Below, in pieces: positions 1-8,437 of a stretch of 64,000 nucleotides of DNA. The stretch is from Ignavibacteriota bacterium (GTDB lineage Bacteria; Bacteroidota; Ignavibacteria; UBA10030; UBA6906), in the NCBI GenBank assembly GCA_963801355.1, contig CAWDEM010000008.1:512001-576000 (forward strand). Direction: 5' to 3'. The notes under the pieces are model-generated. The model was not told the origin of the DNA, did no database searches, and was given only the letters and a program-made list of their open reading frames with translations. The position numbers and the translations under genes are program-made. The number at the start of each line of letters is the position of its first letter. Position 1 is the stretch's first letter.

Positions 1-244
1 CAGCCTTTCGGCCGGCTTCGCCAGACGCCCCCAGAGAGTGCGGCTGGCTATCCTGTCTGAAGTCGGCGCCTCTTCGGAATCCGGCAGGCAGAATTCCGGG
101 AGACGGACCGCTTAACCTAGATTAAGCAGCCAGTGCGTAGTTGTAGTCTGCACTTGTTTTTTTCCGCGTTGTTTAACGTGCACCACGGAGAGCACGGCAT
201 GCAATCCAGACCATCCTCGTCCCCGTCGAAACCGGGTCATCCCC
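1..244 (-). ncRNA. ssrA: tmRNA (5' portion; 3' end lies outside the window)
   Basis: The minus strand begins GGGGATGACCCGGTTTCGACGGGG at 244, the tRNA(Ala)-like 5' end of tmRNA. The internal tag frame at 151..122 is GCA GAC TAC AAC TAC GCA CTG GCT GCT TAA = ADYNYALAA*. Confidence 0.95.
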
Positions 245-252
245 TCTGCCAC

Positions 253-281
253 ATTGTACGTATCGTGCCGGACAAAATCAA
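253..281 (-). promoter_or_regulatory. sigma70-type promoter of ssrA
   Basis: TTGATT (281..276) - 17 nt - TACAAT (258..253) lies just upstream of the mature tmRNA 5' end. The -35 box overlaps the stop codon of the LOG gene. Confidence 0.6.
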
Positions 282-1129
282 GTTTTCTTGCCCAGATAGG
301 TGCGTGTAAGGAAGTCCCTCAAGAACGCGAACGCCGCATGCGGTTCGTCGAAGAAATGGAGCAACCCGAGGTCTTTCCTGGAGATCATTCCCTGCTCCAC
401 CATGTGATCCAGATCGAATACTTTCTTCCAGTATTCTGATCCGTAGATGATGATTGCGACCTTTTTCTTGATCTTCCTGGTCTGCAGCAGGGTCACAATC
501 TCCATGAGTTCGTCAAGTGTCCCGAAACCACCCGGCATGATCACGAGGGCCTTTGCGAGGTATGCGAACCAGAACTTGCGCATGAAGAAGTAATGGAACT
601 CAAGACTCAAGTCCTTGCTGATATACGAATTGGCAAACTGTTCGAATGGCAGGCTGATGTTCAAGCCGACGGACTGGCCGCGCTCCAGATATGCACCCCT
701 GTTTGCCGCTTCCATGATTCCCGGCCCACCGCCCGAACACACCACGAACCGGCGTGCGTCCGGCAGAGATTTCGCCCATCGTGTGAGGAGGCGGGCGATC
801 GTGACAGTGTCCTCATAGTACCTGGACATTTCCTGCTGGACTTCAGCCTTTCGCAACGCGTTCAGGAGTGCGCGGCCGGGCCTGTGCGTTCTCACAACTC
901 TGCGTTTGATTTTCATGTACTCGCGGGAAGTCTCCGCGTACGAACGGATTCTGGCCGATCCGAAAAAAACGACGGTGTCGCGGATCTTCTGCTGGCGGAA
1001 CCGCCGCTGGGGCTCGAGGAATTCTGAAAGCATGCGAATCACCCGCGCTTCGGGGCTGTTCAAAAACTCCATGTTCTTATATGCCTTGGGAGGCTTACGT
1101 ATCGGTTTGGGTTTCATAGGTTTTCCCAT
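278..1129 (-). CDS. LOG family nucleotide 5'-monophosphate nucleosidase / phosphoribohydrolase
   Basis: Motifs VFFGSAR, SGGGPGIMEAANRGA, FHYFFMRK and PGGFGTLDEL. The ATG at 1129 overlaps the upstream TGA (TGATG). Confidence 0.9.
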   Translation of the reverse strand: MGKPMKPKPIRKPPKAYKNMEFLNSPEARVIRMLSEFLEPQRRFRQQKIRDTVVFFGSARIRSYAETSREYMKIKRRVVRTHRPGRALLNALRKAEVQQEMSRYYEDTVTIARLLTRWAKSLPDARRFVVCSGGGPGIMEAANRGAYLERGQSVGLNISLPFEQFANSYISKDLSLEFHYFFMRKFWFAYLAKALVIMPGGFGTLDELMEIVTLLQTRKIKKKVAIIIYGSEYWKKVFDLDHMVEQGMISRKDLGLLHFFDEPHAAFAFLRDFLTRTYLGKKT

Positions 1130-1968
1130 CACGTGAGCAAGCAATATGTGCGATCGGCGATGCCTTCCACCTGAACCTCGGGCGTGACAATTCCCCTGCG
1201 GATAAGTTCACCGAGCGTCTGAAATATTTCCTGGCGCTCCCAGCGAAATAGTCGCTTGATGTCGGCAAAGGTCAAGACCAGTTGGTTTCTGAAATGACGT
1301 TCCAGAATCGCCCGCCGGGCTTCCTCGATGGAGAGGCCGCGGGCCCTTCTCGTCTGCACGGGATACTTCCTGCTGGCAAGCGCCCACAGGGCTGAAGAAG
1401 GCCTGCGGTCATCCTCAAGTGCTGCAATCTTCATTCTCACCTGAAGCTCCGTCAGCGCAAGGTCAAATGCGCTCTTTCCGGTTCCCGTCAGCGCGCTGAG
1501 GCGGTGCCGGAGATCCTGCGTCGTCTGAGGAGATTTCCTCCGGAGTTGTTCGAGAATGTGCTGGGCGGTGGGGCTCAGGCCCGCCTTTCGGGATTGGGTC
1601 CGGATCGCGGATTCCCGGCGATCGCTCATTGCCATGAAATATGGCAAATACTCCATGGAAACCAGCATAGGACGGCGCAAGAGAATTTTTCCGCAAAAGG
1701 CATCACGCTCATCCGGCAGTATCCCTCTCAGATCCCAGGAGAAGGAGGATGCTCCCGGACTGCGTGCAGGAGTTCTCCCACCCGCGCTCCCTTCAAGGGC
1801 ATTAGCCAGACTTGGCAGGCCGGGTTCAGTGATCCTGTACAGAAAACAGAAACCAACATCGTTCACAAACCGGATAGCCTGGCGCCTGGTTCTTATGCGC
1901 AACCGCGGCGACGTTCTGTGCGTCCGATCCCTCCACCGCTCGATCTGTGCAAGTGTGTACGATTTCAT
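1129..1968 (-). CDS. AlkZ/YcaQ-related winged-helix DNA-binding protein
   Basis: Basic 279-aa protein with an N-terminal AIRFVNDVGFCFL..GLPSL segment and HTH-like segments (ILEQLRRKSPQTTQDLR, FDLALTELQ). Resemblance only. Confidence 0.55.
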   Translation of the reverse strand: MKSYTLAQIERWRDRTHRTSPRLRIRTRRQAIRFVNDVGFCFLYRITEPGLPSLANALEGSAGGRTPARSPGASSFSWDLRGILPDERDAFCGKILLRRPMLVSMEYLPYFMAMSDRRESAIRTQSRKAGLSPTAQHILEQLRRKSPQTTQDLRHRLSALTGTGKSAFDLALTELQVRMKIAALEDDRRPSSALWALASRKYPVQTRRARGLSIEEARRAILERHFRNQLVLTFADIKRLFRWERQEIFQTLGELIRRGIVTPEVQVEGIADRTYCLLT

Positions 1969-1983
1969 CCTTGGCCCCTGAGA

Positions 1984-3807
1984 TCATTCATCATGCGCGT
2001 CGCGCAACAGCATGATGTTTCCGTCGAAGTCCGTTGCGAGTATTTCGTCCCCATTCAATGGGGTCAACGTGTTAACTGTCACTGCACTGGCCCTATGAAT
2101 CCACCGTATCCGGCCGTCGGCTGCGTTCATTGCGTATACAAACCCTTTCATTGATCCGTAGAACAGCATCCCATCCTTCTCCACGGGCATCGCCGCATTG
2201 ATATCGTAGCCGAACCCTGGTGTCGAGACCCACTTTTCGACCGGGCGATCTGCGTCGGAGGCAAAGGCGACCAGCGAGTCTCTCATGGTCCGGACGATGA
2301 CAAGCGCGCTGTCCGAGGTCATACCGATGCTCTCCCGCACCTGGTGTTTCCGGGACCTCCAGACGACGTGACCGGTTGCGCGGTCGAGAACGGTCATTGC
2401 CCGGTCAGGGGCAACGAGGAAGAGGAGACGCCCCCGGGCCACGGGCAGGCACGCCGCGGGGGATAAGAGGCGCCCGCGTCGGGGGCCTTGCCATCGCCAT
2501 TGGAGGCGGCCCGTTGCTGCATCAAGCGCGTACAACGTTTCGTCCCAGGCACCGAAATAGACGCTCCCCTCTTGCACCAGAGCCCTGGTCTCAACAAAAC
2601 CGGCGACGCTGTCGAAACTCCAGAGTTCCGCCCCTGAGTCAAGGTCAAGCGCACGGAACTTCCCGTCGCTCCCGCCAACGAACACGCTGCCTCCTGCCAC
2701 GGCCGGCGCGGCTACAACGGGAGCACCTTCCAGATATTTCCAGCGAACAACTCCCGAGTAGAGGTCCAGGCAGCGGACAGTACTGTCCGCCGACGTGACG
2801 ATCACGCGGTCACCGGCAATTGCGGGGGCAGCGAACACCGGTCCGTTCGTCTGGTGGGCCCAGATGTGGGTGCCATCACAGGCTCGCAGCGCATGCACGG
2901 CGCCCGAGGCATCTCCGGCGACAACAACGCCATTGTTAGCCGCAGGAGCGGAGGTGATGGTGAATCCCCCGTTCCATTTCCATTCCATGCGCACTTCGGG
3001 ATATCCCGCGTTGACAGAAAAATCGGACCGGTTCGTCGTGCTCCTCTCGTGGTGCACGCGGGAAAGCCGGAGTGTTGACCAGGGAGGCGACAGTGCTGCC
3101 GGGATTCGTTCTTCCTGAATGGAAAGCGAGTCCCCCGTAATAGTCACGAGGTTGTAGACGGGCCCCCTGCCCGCGGCGTCGACGAGCGCAGTGCCCATCA
3201 ATCCCGGGAATCCCTCAAAGGACAGGTTCATGTTCCGGTGACCGTGTCCCACGAGAAACAAGCGTACATCGGTCTCATCAAGGCGGTCCAGCAGCTCATA
3301 CCAATTCACAATGCTGGAATCGATCGGGTAGTGGGAAATGAAAATGACGGGTGAACCGTCGCGGCGAGCGCGCCCAAGAGTTGAGTCGCACCACCGGAGG
3401 TCATCCGGTGCGAAATGGCCGTCAGCCATCCTGAGCAGCGGTCCTTGCGAGAGTCCGATGAAGGTGTAGTTCCCGGACGAGAAGACAAAGCGGTTACCCC
3501 CGAAGAGCCGGGGGAATGTGGTGGTTCCTGATTCCGACCATTTCGTGTCGTGGTTGCCGGGAATAATCTTAAAAGGAAGACGGAGACCGTCGAGGATGCG
3601 CCTGGTGGTGAGGAGCTCTTCATCGGAACCCATTTCGGTGATATCTCCGGAGAGAATCACGAAGCTGATGTCTTGGTGTCCGTTCAGTTGGTCGACTGCA
3701 CGCTCGAGCGCTTCCGCTGCCCCCTGGCTCCCCACGTGGAGATCGGTGAGCCAGGCAAAGCGGACCGGGATACTCTGGAGCAGCAAAGCGAGAAGACAGG
3801 CCGTCAT
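1984..3807 (-). CDS. calcineurin-like metallophosphoesterase with C-terminal PQQ-type beta-propeller
   Basis: Metal motifs TDLHVG, SGDITE, PGNHD, HYP and GHGH, followed by repeated xALDxxxGxxxW blades. N-terminal signal peptide. Confidence 0.85.
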   Translation of the reverse strand: MTACLLALLLQSIPVRFAWLTDLHVGSQGAAEALERAVDQLNGHQDISFVILSGDITEMGSDEELLTTRRILDGLRLPFKIIPGNHDTKWSESGTTTFPRLFGGNRFVFSSGNYTFIGLSQGPLLRMADGHFAPDDLRWCDSTLGRARRDGSPVIFISHYPIDSSIVNWYELLDRLDETDVRLFLVGHGHRNMNLSFEGFPGLMGTALVDAAGRGPVYNLVTITGDSLSIQEERIPAALSPPWSTLRLSRVHHERSTTNRSDFSVNAGYPEVRMEWKWNGGFTITSAPAANNGVVVAGDASGAVHALRACDGTHIWAHQTNGPVFAAPAIAGDRVIVTSADSTVRCLDLYSGVVRWKYLEGAPVVAAPAVAGGSVFVGGSDGKFRALDLDSGAELWSFDSVAGFVETRALVQEGSVYFGAWDETLYALDAATGRLQWRWQGPRRGRLLSPAACLPVARGRLLFLVAPDRAMTVLDRATGHVVWRSRKHQVRESIGMTSDSALVIVRTMRDSLVAFASDADRPVEKWVSTPGFGYDINAAMPVEKDGMLFYGSMKGFVYAMNAADGRIRWIHRASAVTVNTLTPLNGDEILATDFDGNIMLLRDAHDE

Positions 3808-3820
3808 CGCGTCACCGAGA

Positions 3821-5158
3821 TCAGTAGAGGCGCTTCACATCTGCCCCGCGGAAATAGTGCCTGACGATCTCATCCGCGGCGAACCCCTTCACTGCCATCA
3901 CCGCCGCGCCGATCTGGCATAATCCGACCCCATGGCCCCAACCGGCTCCGTGGAGTATGAACCGCAGTGGAGTGCCGGAGTCATCCTGTTCTGTTTCGAC
4001 AACAAACGCCGAACTGTAGAGGTGACTCGGCGAGAGCCACCGGCGGATTTCCAGCTCCTTGCCGACCGTGATGGTGCGTTCCGAGCCCTCGATGCGCAAC
4101 CGCACGATTCGTCCGGACGGGCCTCGTTCGACAGGAACCAGTGCACGCAACGATCCGAAACGAATGCCTGATTTCCGGAGAAGGAGATCCTCGAGTTCCT
4201 GGCGGGCATAGATAACTTTCCAGCGAAAGAAGTCCGTGGTCTCCTGGTCAAACGATGGAAGGACCTGCCGGAGGATCGCACCGTCGCGGGTGTTGCAGAA
4301 TGCGTCTGGCGAAGAGTGCACCCAGGCGTGCATCTGATTTTCGGATGTGATCGGAGGGAATGCGGTGAGTGAATCGGCGATCGTGTGCAGGTATGGTACC
4401 TGACGATCCTCCCAGCAGTTGGCAAACTCTTCCGTCAATCCGCCGCACGCCTTGTAGAATCGTGCGTCGCAAATGTTACCTTCGTAGACAAGGAAGACGC
4501 CACGGGTTTCTTCGATCGACGCAGCCACCGTCCGGGAGATGATTTTTGTAGTCCCCTGGTAGCGCTGACAGTGATCATCGGCGCAGACATCGTAGAGGTC
4601 GTGGTCTTCGCGCGTGTACCACCTGATGAGTTCGGTAGTCTCCGCGTCAAGGGGAGACGACGCACGCGGGACATGACCTTCTTCGGCTGCACGCTCGAGC
4701 ATTGCGACGAGCCAGCTGCGCGATGTGATAGCATGGGCTTTCAGAAGTGCCGCAGGGGCTGTCGCACTCATTTCCGAAGAAATTACGCTCTTGAGATATT
4801 CTTCGAGAGGGATGACATTGATTGCCGTGATCCCTTTTCCGGGCCTGGCCAGGAGCTGGAGCGCCCCCTGAAAGGTCTGCGTCTCTTTTCGCTCCCAATG
4901 AAACTTTACCCCAATCGTGACATCATGCAAAACGATGGAGGTGTCAGCCGCGGCGGGCGTGAGCGTAATCCGGTCTGTTTTGTTAGCAATGCCATCCCTG
5001 GTAAAGACCAGCTCGAGGCCGCCGCTTGCGGCAGTACAGACAAAATCCCCTTCTCTGCGGGCCCCATGTTCATCCAGAAACGGGCCCTGGAGGCTTCCCT
5101 TGACCTGCGGATACTCTTCAAGGATGCCGACCCGCAAATTCGGTTCACTGGTAATCAT
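3821..5158 (-). CDS. SpoIID/LytB domain lytic transglycosylase-like protein
   Basis: Motifs INVIPLEEYLKSVISSEM, ALLKAHAITSRS, CQRYQG and GWGHGVGLCQIGA. Start taken at ATG 5158 (ORF track extends to 5338). Confidence 0.88.
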   Translation of the reverse strand: MITSEPNLRVGILEEYPQVKGSLQGPFLDEHGARREGDFVCTAASGGLELVFTRDGIANKTDRITLTPAAADTSIVLHDVTIGVKFHWERKETQTFQGALQLLARPGKGITAINVIPLEEYLKSVISSEMSATAPAALLKAHAITSRSWLVAMLERAAEEGHVPRASSPLDAETTELIRWYTREDHDLYDVCADDHCQRYQGTTKIISRTVAASIEETRGVFLVYEGNICDARFYKACGGLTEEFANCWEDRQVPYLHTIADSLTAFPPITSENQMHAWVHSSPDAFCNTRDGAILRQVLPSFDQETTDFFRWKVIYARQELEDLLLRKSGIRFGSLRALVPVERGPSGRIVRLRIEGSERTITVGKELEIRRWLSPSHLYSSAFVVETEQDDSGTPLRFILHGAGWGHGVGLCQIGAAVMAVKGFAADEIVRHYFRGADVKRLY

Positions 5159-5397
5159 TTCGTGCCATGGCAATGAGACAAGTCTTAAAATATACGGACA
5201 CAACCCCCGGTATGCAAACAGACAAGCCCCGAACTGAGCGGCACCGTTCGGGTCGGCAGAGGCAGCTTTGTGGTCGAATTTGTGCACTTGTAGACTCATG
5301 AACCTCTTCCTCGTAGTAAGAGGCATAACAAGGCCCACTATGATGTCGCAAGATTGGTATCAAATTTGCTCTGGTATTACAAGACATTGGAGCATCT

Positions 5398-5595
5398 ATG
5401 GCAGCCTGGAACGGAGTGGCAGATTGTCCCAAATGTGGCAACAAGGGAACGCTGGTTGTATACGGCGAAGCCTGCACACTTGAGGTTGACGGATGCTGGG
5501 TATGCGGATACGGGCGGGAGCACAAGACCGCCGTGACACAGTTCTTACCTATCAAGCATTTACGGATTGAAAAACGGTCCCCTGCGTCTGAATGA
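5398..5595 (+). CDS. small putative zinc-ribbon protein (65 aa)
   Basis: CPKC and CWVC knuckles; GGAG just upstream of the ATG; fills an otherwise empty intergenic gap. Confidence 0.55.
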   Translation: MAAWNGVADCPKCGNKGTLVVYGEACTLEVDGCWVCGYGREHKTAVTQFLPIKHLRIEKRSPASE

Positions 5596-5621
5596 CCGGG
5601 GGAAATGGACCTACGATCCCC

Positions 5622-5690
5622 GCCGGTGCCGATTCTCCTGAGACCTATCTCAAAACCTCTCCTGAGAACGATAAAAGAGTCGGCACCGGC
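5622..5690. repeat. 15-bp imperfect inverted repeat enclosing smaller hairpins
   Basis: GCCGGTGCCGATTCT (5622-5636) pairs with AGAGTCGGCACCGGC (5676-5690) with one G-U. TCTCCTGAGA occurs twice in the element. Confidence 0.6.
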
Positions 5691-5893
5691 TAACCTTTCT
5701 TCAAATATACCTGTCTTATTGACCTCTTCCCCGCCCTCTCCTGGCACATTTAACCGCCATAGATAAGTTCTTTTGCTTTAGGTTAGTTACATTTGTCTCT
5801 GGAAGTAGATTCCAGGAATGAGGTGGAACCGACGGAGTGATGAAGCGGTTCCACACTATGCAGGAGGAACAGCAGAGGACAAAAGGCAATCAC

Positions 5894-6733
5894 ATGAACC
5901 GCAACGCATTTGTCGATCATCTCAACGCGCACAGGGACGAAGCGCGTTTCGGGTTTCAGCTCAAAGAAGGGTCGGAGCGATTCGTTGACAACCTCCTGGC
6001 GGTACTCTTCCCCCATTTCTCGAAAGAGCTTCTCAGTACTCCCGAACAGATCGCGTCCCGTCTCGTGCTCCTTGAAGGGGATCTCACGCGGCTCCTCACG
6101 CCCCTCCTGTCTGACAGCGACCAGGATGCGTCGAAGACTTCCGGAGAGTTCATGGCGGCGCTGCCGGGCATTCATGCCCGGCTCATGGATGACGCGCGGG
6201 CAATCCATCTGGGTGATCCCGCTGCGGAATCTCTGGATGAGGTGATCCTGGCCTATCCCGGATTTACCGCAATCGCCATATACCGCTTCGCGCACGAGTT
6301 CTACAGAAGGCAAGTGCCGATTTTCCCCCGGCTCCTTACCGAGTACGGGCATCATCTCACGGGAATTGATATTCATCCGGGAGCGGAGATCGGCAGGAGC
6401 TTTGCCATCGATCACGGCACGGGGATTGTCATCGGGGAATCGACCGTTATCGGCGACGACGTGAAACTCTACCAGGGAGTGACGCTTGGGGCTCTCAGCG
6501 TAGACAAGCGGCTGGCCAAATCGAAAAGACACCCCACGATCGAGGATCACTCGGTCATCTATGCACAGGCAGTCATTCTCGGGGGTGAGACCGTCGTGGG
6601 CCATCATAGCATCATTGGCGGCAATGTATGGTTGACCGAAAGTGTTCCCCCGTACTCCTTCGTTTATCAGGAGCACAAGGCGCGCATCCAGGCTCAGGAG
6701 GAACGAAGGCCCACCGTGGAGTACATGATTTGA
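5894..6733 (+). CDS. cysE: serine O-acetyltransferase (EpsC/CysE type)
   Basis: Motifs GDPAA, YPGF.AIAIYR.AH, TGIDIHPGA.IG..FAIDHGTGIVIGE, YQGVTLGA and KRHPTI. Confidence 0.92.
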   Translation: MNRNAFVDHLNAHRDEARFGFQLKEGSERFVDNLLAVLFPHFSKELLSTPEQIASRLVLLEGDLTRLLTPLLSDSDQDASKTSGEFMAALPGIHARLMDDARAIHLGDPAAESLDEVILAYPGFTAIAIYRFAHEFYRRQVPIFPRLLTEYGHHLTGIDIHPGAEIGRSFAIDHGTGIVIGESTVIGDDVKLYQGVTLGALSVDKRLAKSKRHPTIEDHSVIYAQAVILGGETVVGHHSIIGGNVWLTESVPPYSFVYQEHKARIQAQEERRPTVEYMI

Positions 6734-6850
6734 TCGATCCGGATCACACCGGGGCACACCGTCGGTCTGCAACGTACCGGGAAAGAGGTTTTTTTTGACT
6801 GCGGAGTGCGTATATTCCACTGTCCACTCGCAACTGTAAAAGGAACCACC

Positions 6851-8419
6851 ATGCTCTCACTCTCTGTGCCGACCGGGATAGTTCTCTCCCTCATCGCTTC
6901 CGCGCTTTGCATGGTAACGATCTTCCCTGCTGCCGGACAGACCCGCATCGTTGTGCACGCGGATCAAGGCAAAGACACCATCAACCGGAACATCTACGGG
7001 CACTTCTCGGAACACCTTGGCCGCTGCATCTATGGCGGTTTTTTCGTGGGTGATGGGAAGGCTGGGATCCCGAACACCCGTGGCATCAGGAACGATGTGG
7101 TTGCAGCCCTGCGCGCTCTCCGGATTCCGGTGCTGCGATGGCCGGGAGGATGCTTTGCTGATACCTACCACTGGAAAGATGGCATCGGGCCGAAGACCCA
7201 GCGTCCGTCGATGGTCAATGTCTGGTGGGGTGGCATCACCGAAGACAACAGTTTCGGCACTCACGAGTTTCTGGATCTCTGTGAGCAACTCGGAACGGAG
7301 CCGTATTTTTCCGGCAATGTCGGTAGCGGCACGGTTGAGGAGCTTGTCCAGTGGGTGCAGTACGTCAACTCACCGTCCGGCAATCCGATGTCCGCGCTCC
7401 GCGCTAAGAACGGTCATGAAAAACCCTGGAACGTGCGCTATTGGGGGATCGGGAACGAAGCATGGGGATGCGGCGGCAACATGAGGGCTGAACACTACGC
7501 CGATGTCTACAGGGCATACGCGACCTTCATCGCCGGCGGCTGGGGCAGCCAGGGAGTGTTCCGGATTGCATCCGGCGCTGCGGGGGCAGACTACCACTGG
7601 ACAGAAGTGCTCATGCGTGACGTTCCCCTCTCGCTGCTGGAGGGGGTGGCGTTGCACCACTACTCGGTCATTGACTGGAACAAGAAGGGCTCGGCCACGA
7701 AATTCAGCGTTGACGAGTATGCGACGACAATGCGCGAAGCCCAGCGGATGGAAACCCTGGTGCAGAATCACATCGCGATCATGGACAAGTACGATCCGAA
7801 AAAGAAGGTCGCGCTCGTGGTGGACGAATGGGGCGGATGGTACGATACCGAGCCCGGCACGAATCCGGCGTTCCTGTACCAGCAGAACACCGTGCGCGAT
7901 GCAATGATCGCGGGGGTGACGCTCAATACGTTCAACAACCATTGTGACCGTGTGCGCATGGCCAACCTGGCGCAGACGGTCAACGTGCTTCAAGCCGTCG
8001 TGCTCACCGACGGTCCGAAACTGCTCCTCACTCCTACGTATCACGTGATGGAAATGTACCGCGGACACCAGGACGCCCTGATGCTGCCTGTTGAAATTGC
8101 ACAGACTCCGCTCATCCTCGGAGGTGACACGCTGCAGGCGGTATCGGCATCCGCGTCGCGCGATCGCGAAGGATTTACGACCATTTCCCTGGTCAACATC
8201 GATCCGTTGGAAGGCCGTGCAACTGAAGTCAATATCAGCGAGGCCAGGTTCGCTTCGGTGGAGGGACGCATTCTCAAGGGACGTACGTTGCAGGACCATA
8301 ATACGTTTGAAGATCCGGAACGCGTCCGGCCGGCGGCGTTCAACGAAGTAACGCTGTCGGGGACCGGCCTCCGTCTTATGCTTCCGCCGTGCAGCGTCGT
8401 CACGCTCCGGTGCCGCTAA
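6851..8419 (+). CDS. GH51 alpha-L-arabinofuranosidase, secreted
   Basis: Motifs [36 protein letters not shown] (acid/base), DEWG (nucleophile) and [11 protein letters not shown]. Signal peptide. Confidence 0.93.
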   Translation: MLSLSVPTGIVLSLIASALCMVTIFPAAGQTRIVVHADQGKDTINRNIYGHFSEHLGRCIYGGFFVGDGKAGIPNTRGIRNDVVAALRALRIPVLRWPGGCFADTYHWKDGIGPKTQRPSMVNVWWGGITEDNSFGTHEFLDLCEQLGTEPYFSGNVGSGTVEELVQWVQYVNSPSGNPMSALRAKNGHEKPWNVRYWGIGNEAWGCGGNMRAEHYADVYRAYATFIAGGWGSQGVFRIASGAAGADYHWTEVLMRDVPLSLLEGVALHHYSVIDWNKKGSATKFSVDEYATTMREAQRMETLVQNHIAIMDKYDPKKKVALVVDEWGGWYDTEPGTNPAFLYQQNTVRDAMIAGVTLNTFNNHCDRVRMANLAQTVNVLQAVVLTDGPKLLLTPTYHVMEMYRGHQDALMLPVEIAQTPLILGGDTLQAVSASASRDREGFTTISLVNIDPLEGRATEVNISEARFASVEGRILKGRTLQDHNTFEDPERVRPAAFNEVTLSGTGLRLMLPPCSVVTLRCR

Positions 8420-8437
8420 GCTGTGCGGCTGAGAACG

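Noticed and set aside
5742-5758. TGGCAC as a sigma54 -24 box upstream of cysE (also at about 52615)
   Set aside because: No GC at the -12 position with N10 spacing.
5783-6820. 345-aa minus-strand ORF over cysE (likewise 11542..12624 + and 26394..27728 +)
   Set aside because: Antisense to clearly identified enzymes, with no recognisable domain.
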